Of a DNA stretch of 64,000 bases, positions 27,401 to 39,400 are shown piece by piece; positions within the stretch are counted from its first letter, which is position 1; each line of letters begins with the position of its first letter. Location of the stretch: positions 806,001-870,000 of the forward strand of contig NW_027271034.1 of NCBI RefSeq assembly GCF_040938485.1. The letters run 5' to 3'. The notes under the pieces were generated by a model. It worked only from the letters and a program-made list of their open reading frames with translations. It did not search any database and was not told where the DNA came from. Made by a program: the position numbers and the translations under genes. This stretch comes from Diadema antillarum (taxonomy: Eukaryota).

Positions 27401-30400
27401 CGGTTCTTGAGATATCGACAAAAACAAAACGGGACGGACGTACGTACGTACGGACGGACAGACGGACGTACGTACATACCTACGTACAGACGGATGGACG
27501 GACGACCCGGAAACATAATGCCTCCGGCCACTTCGTTGGCGGAGGCATAAAAAGACAGCATTACAAACAGTAAGACATATATAAAAGCATTAGAATTACA
27601 ACAACATTCATGAGAAGTGCAGGAATTACCTACAATAAGCTAACTGCTGGTCAAAATCCTCACCTTTTGTATTGTGAATAAGGACTACTACAGTTAACAT
27701 GGAAGATATTTGGTCTTGGGTGATCAGTGGGCACAGTGTACGAACAATTGTAAGACATTCTCTGAAGCAATGTTACCTTGGTGACAAGCGTCGGCCGACA
27801 ATGTCTCCTAGTGAAAGGATCCGGAGGTGCATTCTCAATTTCTTTGATTTCTTCCTTCATGGCCAGCTCTGACTCAGTAATATTTCTGTTCCTATTCCTT
27901 TGGTTGATATATCTGTTTAAAAAAACAAACAAACACATGAACAATGCCTACAATGTCAGAAATGCCACTAAAATTTCACCTGCTCAATTCACTCTGATCA
28001 AAATTTGGTTCAATCAGTCCAAGAATTATTCAATACCACTGGATTTGATCTCCACACAGTTGACAGCATATTCCGGTCTTAGCAAACATCAGGCTGAACT
28101 CGTTTTCAGCAATGCTCTATTTTTGCATTTTACCATATTCACTTACAGCACAAGAGCAAAACATGAAATTTGGATGAAATCTACGGCAAACAATCTGGCA
28201 GTGTATCACATCGATCCACAAAAAAGTTATTAAGGACAATCATATATACACGACAGAGATAATGCACGATATCCTTGTGTCACTATTACCTTTTGATTAA
28301 GAGAGACAAGAAAGATAACGCTTCTTTCTGAGCCACACCAATCAAAGAAATGCACATGAAAAGCAAATGAAAATGAATATATTGAGAAGGCGTATGTGCT
28401 GTTCCCTATAAAGATGCTACCACTTACGTGATGGCATTGACCTCCTTGTTTCGGATACGATCCAGCTCTTCTGCTCTCTCCTCCAGGTCAATCAACCTTT
28501 GTGAAAGTCCCTTTGCCCTATCCTCATCACCTTCCTCTAGAGCTTGGTCCTATTGGTTAACATGGTACAATGTGTGACTAGTTTATCATTCAGTCAGGCT
28601 AATGTGACACAAATAGATACAAGCTGGCCTCTCCTCTGTCACAGTTCATATTACAAACTCTTTTTATTTTTGTTCTTACAAAAAAACCTCAAATTTATAT
28701 TCTCTTTAAAGGGGAATGACACCCAAATATATATGTGGATTGAGTATCACTGATGCAGAAATATTACTAGATCACATAAGTGAAGTTATGAATTTGAAAA
28801 AATTTGAAAAAAAAAAAATTCTGAATTCTGCAAAGTTATAATTTTTTTATTTCTACAGTAGCACAACGATATAAAGAAAACATACAGAGTATTCCACAAA
28901 ATTGCATTCTTTATAAAATGTTCACATTCCTTGCCGTTGTTACCGACATATGTCGATGGTAACAATATCTCCTCTGCCTTCTGAATGAGGTACTGTACAC
29001 GCCAAATATTTCGCGAGGTTTTATTTTCACAAATTTCGCGAGTCAGGTGCTATTCGCGAAATTAAAGACATGCGAAAATATTGACTCTGCTCCCGATGTG
29101 AATGTGATGTACATGTTTACACTTCTCCGTTCAGTACAGGACTCCACGATCGCGAATTTAACCACACGCGAAGTTGTCAGGAATTCCCGATTCGCGAAAA
29201 TTTAGACTCACAAAAAATATGGCGTATACAGTAAGCCAAGTGCTCTTATCATTATGCTAAATGGCACAGGCAAACACACACTGCATGTCTCAACGTGCAT
29301 GCAGATTAAGCAAGACTATACTGTCACACACACAGGAAAAGGTAACTGCAAATACTTTGTTTTCACACTGTACATACCCTGCTTTTCTTGAGTTCAGTCT
29401 TCTTCATAGCATAGTTCCGTGGGTTCTTCCGAAACCGTTCTTTCTCAAGAACAATCTATTGACAGTTGAACAGACGGAATAATCAATGCACTTCCAGCAC
29501 TAAATGTTACAAAACATCGCAAATATTGAATGACTTTGACTTGGTTCACTAACAGTTGATTCAAACAAACATGCAATGTGACAAACTGGTTATTGACTAT
29601 TCAAAAGCAGATTGATGAGATTCACTAATTTCTCTTGACTCACAGGATCATCCTATATATCCTACTTTACAAGGATTAACACCTCATGAAAATGTCTGTT
29701 TGTAGTCAATAATTCTCCTGCTTCTAAATATTCCTCCCAAACAAGCTGAAAATGCTTAATATCAATACCATGGCAGAAACATGAGCATTACAGCAAAATA
29801 TGATTTTCAGAAGTTGCTACAATTACAAAACAATCCACATCTTCATTACAGTCAATTCCTTAGACATGAAAATGGGTCACACTTCTGTATCTTTCTCCTC
29901 CCTCAGTCTCCAATACCCTGGTGATTATAGATGAAAAGCAGAATGGCCATTATAAAATCTTTTCACTGTTCTGACATTGCTGTATACCTTCTCAATATCT
30001 TCTTCCTTGTACTTGTAGTTCAATGCTTTCTTGATTGCTGCCTCCTTGGTCTCCACTTCATTTATCGTTGGCAGGTCAAAGTCACCGTTAATCATCTAAC
30101 ATAGGAAAAGAATTAAGACATAGATACCTTTAAAATTTCACAATTCATAGCCTGAATTACAGCACAAGATTTATACATTTTAATAGATATTAAAGGACAA
30201 GTCCACCTTCATATACATAAGTATTGAGAGAATGCAGCAATATTAGTAGAACACATCAGTGAAAGTTTGACGAAATTTGGACAATCCGTTCAAAAGTTAC
30301 GAATATTTTAAGTATCTGCGCAGTCACTGCTGGAAGAGAAGACTACTACAGTGTATGATGTCACATGCGTACAACTATATAAGGAAAATAAAAAGAGAAT

Positions 30401-33400
30401 TTCACAAAATTTTACTTTCCGAATAAAGTGCACATTTCTTTGACTCGCTACTGACGTATGTTAAGGGTAATATTATTCCCCCTGCCTTCTGAAAGAGAGA
30501 AGTCGAGTGTTCTTTTGTTATGCGAGAAAAATTGAAATATGTTGAATTTTCTTTATTCTTTCTTTGTATCGTTGTACTCATGTGACATCACAAGCTATAG
30601 TAGTCTTTTCATCCAGCCGTGACTGAGCAGAAACTTCAAAAATTCATAACTTTTGAACGGACTGTCCGATTTTGCTCAAACTCTCACTGATGTGTTCTAC
30701 TAATGTTGCTGCATTCACTCAACCCTCATGTCTACGAAGGTGAACTTGTCCTTTAAGACAAATTGACACACAATACTAAAACAAGTTTAAAAAAGGATCA
30801 TATAGTTTTAGTTGGGACCTAACTTCAGGTTTCCAACATTTTTGGATGAGATATCAAGAAACCTCTTATGAAATATGAAAGAGCATGTAATTTCAAGAGG
30901 AATTCAATTTTTATATGATGAAAATTGGTTTTGGGATGGCTGAGATATCAAAAACAGAGTGATCCTACAATATTTCATTTCAAAACTGATCAAATAAACT
31001 TTGATGTCTTCTTAGAATGGTATGCGCTGAACTATTTCTCAAGTGGTTTCTTGGTATCTCGCAAAAAGACCAATCCTCATCTCCACCAGTACTATACCAT
31101 CCATTTAGACCCATGATATGTTATGCTGTAGGCAACAGACCGACATGTGACCACACCATCTATGCACTGATTCAAAATGAGTAATGAAATATACAATTTT
31201 TGTATTCCTACGCAGCAACTCGGCATACAATGTCACTACATGTTTCAGCAGCATCACATACAGTATCTAACTTGTTATTGCAAACAGAACTGATTTGCAT
31301 GCTATGACTTACATCTTCATGCCACTTCTGAAATTCAGTGTCGCTGAAGTCCTGGTTTGACACAAACTCCAAACGGAACACACGCTCCTGAGCAGCATAT
31401 CTGCATTGAAAACAAAGCAGTTATAGCGACAGATGCAAAATCGTTCACCCAGTAGTATGAAATGTGGAGAAAGCTACTTAACCCTACAGTCTAATTTCAG
31501 AGTCTCCATTTCCAATCTATCATCAAACTTTTCATATTCACAACTGAAAGAACAGAAAAGCTCTTTGAGTCCTTCATATTGGTCTTTTTGATGTTGGCCA
31601 ATATATGCTATTTGTAATATAACAATCTACAGAGAACTTCAATTTTAACTGTGAAAGCACTTGGAGAGCTCAGACCTCCATCAAGCATCTAATCTCCACC
31701 AAAATAGTGATTTCTAACAAAAAGAAAAAAAAAATCTGGATCCAGATGGTGACCTGGATCACTACACAAAATCTAACCACTTGTTCCTTGTGTCATTACC
31801 AACTTTCCCTAAAAATTTCATTCAAATCCATTCACAACTCTTTGAGTAATTATGCAAACAAACAAAAAAATTGACAAACAAACCGAAACCGGCAAACACA
31901 GAACCTCCTTGACGGAGGAAATGAGATGGTTCTTGATCACCTTACTGTCAAACTTATGTGTAAAGTAGAGCATAAGCACTATTCCCTGTATGTACATGAC
32001 TTCATTAACCCTGCCTTGATATTGGAAGATGCTGAGCAGACAAGCCACTGAAGAAGGTCGTCTCAAGATGTTATCAACCAATGGCAACACAATGTAACAC
32101 ATGATCTTACCTCAATTTGAAACCCTTGTTTGTCCGCGTCCCACCAATAGCATAGATCTTTGCTGTCTCCACAACGTCTATGATCTCTGCAACCTAGAAC
32201 AGTACACAGAACATGACATAACCATGCAGTTATACTCTGTACATGCTCTTGCTTAATACTTGGACACTGATACAGATTGTGAAGTGGCCTTTCACCACTT
32301 CAATTCCACTCACTGTCCATCTGTTTAACACTGTTCAAGATGTGTGCCTTGCTAGCTTTTATTTGATCAGTGAGTTTAACTCTATCAAAGTTAACTACCA
32401 TTCGGACTGTGTATCATAAGTTAACACAGTATGATTCTCACGAGGCACAAAATACTGCAGGAAAGTACTGTCCTCATGAACCAATGTGCATTTTTGCTAG
32501 TTACTTGCTGCAACATATAGAGGACATAAACTGTTTGGCAACTTTGGTCCATTCACACTCATTAAGACATTGTTTTACTTGTGACCATGGAATTTGCAAG
32601 TAAGTGCTACAGTATTCTCCGCGCAATCAGGTATCGCTTAAACGGGTACTCCGTTTAATTGGGTGGTTATGTCAAATTCACTTCCAATGCACATTATAAT
32701 TACCTGATAATCGGGTTGCCTCTCCGCATAAATGGGTAAATAATTTTCTTCTAATCTAATTTTTACCCACATTTTATCGCAGACATATCACTTTAAGAAA
32801 TCATGAATGTCAAATTTTCCATGGCTAATCGCATTCTCTGCTTGATTTGCAGAGAAGACCGATCATTTGGGGAGTGATTAAACATGAAAACACAATGTAC
32901 ACGTACCGACTTGCCACACATAAACGAACATCACACATGTAGCTGGCACTCACAATTGCATAGACAGACAGGAGTTGAACACATTTGCACTCTTCCCTTG
33001 CTCCGCAACAACACTCACCATACGAGATGTTTGCAACGAAAATTAGGCCCTGCACCAGCTCCATAATTCTACTTTTCCCCAGTCACTTCTCGAAAAGTAA
33101 CCCAACGTTCTACGTGACTAATGCACGCAAAGAGACTTGTTCGTTTCCGAAAACGCATGCGTGTTAGCGCGGAGTCTATAGTCAAAACTACAAAGTTTTC
33201 TGAAGACATAATTGTCCTTAAAAAAGAGTGTAAATTATTGTCCCTGACTGAGTAAGTGTAAGGTACATGTACATATAATGTGCCGTGCAAGCGCACGTGT
33301 AAAACATACAGTGTAGGTGTTTGGTACAGTGTACAATGCATGTACATGCACATTGTGTGTTTCAAATGTGAATGAGACGTGTTCTTCTGTTAATCGGGTA

Positions 33401-36400
33401 CTCCGCTTAATCGGGTAAGAAACGCTTTGCCCGAGCCCACCCGATTATGCGGAGAGTACTGCACTACAATTTGTTATGTAATTTGTTAGAAATATTTTCT
33501 AAGGCGCTCCGATTAACTTGCTGCATGACTATGTAGATAGAGACATTTCCCTGCCACTGGCCAATACGATAGTCTCACTAAAAGCTGCATTTATTGTAAC
33601 TGTCAGATGTCTCCAGCTTACCCGGTAGACAGGCCTTCCTGCATTGTGCCCTATCCCAATCCGTACAAAGCAGCCTACAACTGTGTTGTGGAAGAAGGGC
33701 ATATGGACCCACCTGTCGAAAAAGGGGAATCGTAATTAAAATGCAGGTTATGAGGGTCATGTGCATAATATGAGAGTTATCAATAAGTACTGAGCACTGT
33801 TTGAAAATCTAATATATCTACCGGTATATGCGTTGATCTAACCATGATGCTGGCATAATGTAAGAATGAAACTGAAAAAGAAGGAAAAATCACAAATAGA
33901 TGAACAGAATAAGTTAAGAAGAAACTTCCCTTTAAAGTCCCTGTAGGAAGTAACAACAAAATCCAGAATACAATGTTATAACTGTACATCTGTTTGAAAG
34001 AATATGGTTAAGAGGTTAGTTGTGCACAGGTATTCTTCTTCCCTTTTTAGGGGGATAGGGTAGAGGAGAAAGGTTCTACATGATCAAAGATTTCCAGTCT
34101 GAGTAGCAGAATGACAACAACATGAGCAACACTAAGGCCGACAGTGAGCCATACAAGAAATTCAGTCCCATAAATGTCCAGTTGAGAGTCAATAACATTG
34201 AATCACATTATCAAAGGCTCTCACTTCTCTGCTTGAATGACTGTAAATGGACTTGTTGGTATTCACAAACTTTAATATTATACTTACTTTTCCAACTTGT
34301 TTCTTGAAAGTCTGATTCGGTTGAGTTCCTCCTTGGTTGAAACGTACATTGTCATCTGCTCCTCTTCTTCCCTGAAACCAACCATATTGACATGGAAGAA
34401 AATCAGTACATATCATGCAATTAATAGAACATCACTTTGAGAACGCAGACCTCCGCCAAACAGGTCATTTCCACACATACAGACATATGCTAAAAATGGG
34501 TTAATTTCCCAATGATAAAGAAAAATTTCTAGTGTCTCAGAAGTCTATCTAACTTAGCTTCTTGCTGTGCATAAAGCACACCTCAAATACACACAGCTTG
34601 AATTCCCTGTTTGTTGGCTCTTATTCCCCAATGATAAAAATTCTTTCAAAACAAACAAACAAACAAACAAACAAACAAACAAACAAACAAACAAACAAAC
34701 AAACAAACAAACAAACAAACAAATCCTGAATCCAGACAGTGCATTGCATCACTACCAAAACTTATTCATCTGTTCCTTACATCATTATCAAATTTTCCTC
34801 CAAATATCATCCAAATCAGTTCTTCTGTTAACTTTTTGAAGTATTTTGCAAACAAACAAACAAACTGACAGAAAGACAAACCAACAGCAACAAAAACATA
34901 ACTTCCTTGGCTGAGGCAAATATATAAATACATTCCTTGAAAAGTTCAACTACAGAATGCTCCTACAGTAGTTCTTGATTCATTAAAGCTGAGGTCAATG
35001 ATAAAAGAGAGCATACTCTTCTCTCTCTGATCCTGAGGCTTCGGACTCGGACGCCTCGCTCTGGTCAGTGGATCGCTGCTCCTCTTTCTCATCCTCCTGC
35101 TTCTCCTCTTCCTCATCATCCTCATCCTCATCGTCTGTATACACATCACTTGCCTTCAACAGCTCCTTCTTTGATGGGGCATTCTCAACTGTCAAGGAAA
35201 GTCAAACAGATATCCAGCATTAAAAACAAAGCATTGTGGAATATTGCTATTTTCATCTGCAAATTAGAAGCTGATGATGGAGATAGTGTTATCACAAACT
35301 TGAAGAGAGCATTTACTGAAACTCAATGTTATTACATGACAGTTCCATGATCAGTAACTAAAGAGTGTTCTTGGCAAAGAAAAAAGGTATGCTGCTCATA
35401 TATTTTAAGACATTTCTTTGACATGTTTGTTCATATTATGGTGACACCTCTCTCAACAAATTTTTGGCACCCCTGTATAAATCTAAAAACAAATGGCAAA
35501 CAACCTGTTCCGAAGTAATGTGGCACAAGACATTGAACACATAACAGAATGCAATTTTTCTTTTTTAATTGCTGTATGTATTTCCCTACAGTTTAAAATC
35601 AACCTTTTAAATGCTACATTTTGTTATCTTTAATTCATTTACTTAACATTGTCATTACCATTATTACTATACTATTACTACCACTATTATTGTGTCATGT
35701 AACAACTTCCAGACTCATTAGATTCTGGAGCGTACTCGATAAGAATGAATATAAAGGCATAAAAAATAATCACCAGTTCTCTTTTTCTTCTCTCGCTGGG
35801 CTTTCAGGTCCTCCATGGCTCTTGCTTTCTTGTCATTCTTGGTCTCAATAGTTTGCCTTCTCTCCTTGCTGCGGTTCTCTCTGGCTGACAGATTGAGGCT
35901 GTTTGCCTTTGCCATTTCTTCCCGCTTTTTCTTTTTCCTCTCCTTCTTTTCTTTCTTCAGTTTCCTTTCAATCTCATGCCTGAAACATGAAGAAAATGTT
36001 TTGGGTACAGTTGTGCAGCTGAAGTATAACAGTTTATTTCATTTCCATGATACAGATACACTCTTACTTTTGAAAAAAAAAAAGAAGACACATTTACAAT
36101 TCTCTCAATTTCTCTGAGGCCAATTCCAACTTGTCACAATTATCATCCCTTTTTCAACTTACAATAAATGCTCACTTTTATGTTCTCATTTTTTTGCTAT
36201 TCTCTGTTACCTTCTAAACATACTGAATCATACACAACAAATCTGTTAGTTTTATACTCACAGAAATATTCTTTTGGTACGACTATGAAGAAGAACTACA
36301 CTTGTCATTGATAGCGTCAATTTCTTGTCATAATTTTGAAAGAAATCACCTTTATGCTGAAGAAAAAAAAGAAAAGGAAAATTAATCTGATAAGACAGGA

Positions 36401-39400
36401 TATTCTAAATCAAAATATAAACAATACAGCATACTAGACAAATGTCTACAAAGGTGTAACCACTGAAATAAAGATGTGCATTATTAGGCAGGTACTCTAT
36501 GTTGCTTTTATTCTAAAATAAACAGAAAGAGAGTCATTTCTCCACATTCATAATAAAGAAAACACATGTCTTGAAATCTTGGAATGAAGCAAATAATAAG
36601 TAGCATGGTGAAGAAAATGGTTAATCAATGTCCCTTAAACTGACTTGTAATTTTTTCATCACTTTTCAAGACTTATTGAAATATTCGTATATCTGTTACT
36701 CTCAGTTTATATCCCTATGAATGGACTTTTACTCTGAATTGAAATTCTTCACCTAATAATTGTGCAAAAAGCTTTACAGGTAGAAAGGACATAAACAATT
36801 ACTGAAGAAATATATAATGCAGGCAATACAACATGATACACAGCCAGACTCACAAAACAGTCACGGAAGATAGCTGCCTCACCTTGTCTTGAGGGCATCT
36901 CTCTTTTCGGATCTGTTGTAGATGACCTGTTCTCTCTCCTTTTCCGTCATCTTCTCCAGCATGGCCCTGTCCTCTTCATCTCCGATGAAGTTCTCATCGT
37001 AGCCATCAAAAAACTTTCCATCATCAGAACCGGAATCGGAATCATCGCTGTCAGAATCAGATACTTCACCTAGGTGAAGAAGGTATAATGCAACATTAAC
37101 AATTTTGAACAACAGGGAACAATAATTTGACATGAATTAAATCATACTATTGCACCATCTGCACTATAATGAATACTAACAACATTCTCACACAAAGGGA
37201 ATACTTACCGGTAATTAAAATGCACTTTGTATAGATGCATAAACCTCCATGATTTAATGCAAAAGAATGTCCTTCTTATAAATTAGAAATAACATGATTA
37301 TCACCATTTTAATCTCAAACTGCTGAAACACAGCCATGTACAATCTAAAATTGAATTCTTTGGAAAACAGCACTTTGTCATCTTCCAAAGAATTCCATTT
37401 TAGGTTGTACATGGCCATGTCTGAGCAAAAACCTGAGCAAGAAACCCAGAATGAAGTTTTGAACACACACTCTTGACTGAGACAAATTGGTGATTCTTGA
37501 CAGATCAACAAATTTGATGCAGTGCTTGTGTTGACAAGTACAGCAGCAAAGCTTCTTTGTTTAATCTCATATCCAATACACATGTTACAAGTCATAGAAA
37601 ACTATGCACAAAAAGGACACAAATTAGCTGCTCAAATGCAATCTTCTAAACAAACTCCTAACTACACTTTGCTCCAGTTTCCATGTACACTGTATTTCAA
37701 GGAAACAAGTCATGATATCAGTGAATAAACCATCATTGACTTACCCTCTTCAAGTGATGACTTGTCAGAATCACTAATGACTCCTGAGCCATCTGATGCT
37801 GACCGTGCCACCTTCTTTTTAGGATTCTTTTTAATTCTTGATTTCTTTTTGTTACCACCTAGAGTCCACTGTTGAAGGAGAAAGTACGAATGGATTGTTC
37901 ACGTAAAAACACATACCATATAATACACAATATCAAAATAAGCTTCCAGAGCAATGTACAATGTAAGAAACTGTATGAACTACGGGACAACTGTCACAAA
38001 AACTGGAACAGATATTGATAGATATGTACAACCACACTACAAGATTATGCAACTCTCACATGACACATTATTGAATGTAGGGTTGGTAGATTATGATAAA
38101 ACCTCCCGATCCAAATCAAGACATTGGTGTCCTCTTTATGCTTCAGTTGTTGATTCTTAGCGATAAAGCAGAAAAATGCATTTAAATGGATACAGTACAT
38201 GACAGAGCATTGCTTGTCATTGTAACACTACAACAGTTCCACATATTATCTCACAGATTGACAGTTATTTTGAAGTCCTTATGACTCCTTTGCAATAAGC
38301 AAAGTGTTCAGACACAGGTCACAGTATTATATCATCTGAACATGGAAAATATGAATTGATATGTAGAGCATTATATCATGAAATCACAAGATTCCACGTG
38401 GTAATAAAGACACATGTGCATTCATAACAAAATCTACTCACATCATCATCACTCTCAGAAGTTTCTGATTCTGAATTACTCCTCTGGGATGTGGATTCTT
38501 TAGCTGGCTCAGGCTCTACCTTCTTCCTCTTTGCAAGTGTTTTCAGCTCCTAAACAAAGGAAAAAGAGAACAATCCACACTTTCATATGAGACATTTCTG
38601 CTTCCAAAGAGATACATGTATGAAGGCTCACTGGAATACTGCACACATTGTCCTCACAATGAGCGATTTCCATCATGATGAACATATTTCCATTGCCAAA
38701 TACAAGATGCATACAAACCTACCAGCTTCAATAAAAGTTGTGATTACTGACACAACATATCTTCTTTGGAAACAAAATAATTTGTCAACATTATATCATC
38801 TCAGTATTAAAGGTGCATGGTCCCGGTGTTATAGTCAAATGCGTATGCGGGCACAAGGCGCAAGTTTCCTATAGAGACCTACACTATCGACTCCTCTTTA
38901 TCGCTTACGCTGTGGCCCACTTTCCTGAGTCCGAAGAAGTCCGATCCACTGTGTCAGTGGTCCGATCACAGTTTGGCTCATGATTCGGCTGAAGGGGATG
39001 ACCGCTTTAGCAAACTTCTTTTGTGATGACATAATAACAAGCACATATGCACGCACCCTGGCATTATACAGACTGCACGATGCACAGAGAAGACAAGGAA
39101 GGCAACATTACTTAGCAACAGCCACGCACTTTACTCTTGATGACAGCTCAACTTTGGTAATCTTCGTATTAATGCTAACGGTGATCGGCAGTATCATCAA
39201 CAGCGCCCTCTACACTACCGGGACTATGCACCTTTAACATAAACATCGACACTTTCAGTGAACAGAAGAGAATCATATTACATGTACTGACAGATTCCAT
39301 CTACTTTTTCATGGAAATTGCACATCTTTCATCAAGAGAAAGAGAGAAAAAAACATGATTCTACCACCACAAATATACCTGCGATGTGCAAAATAAACAT

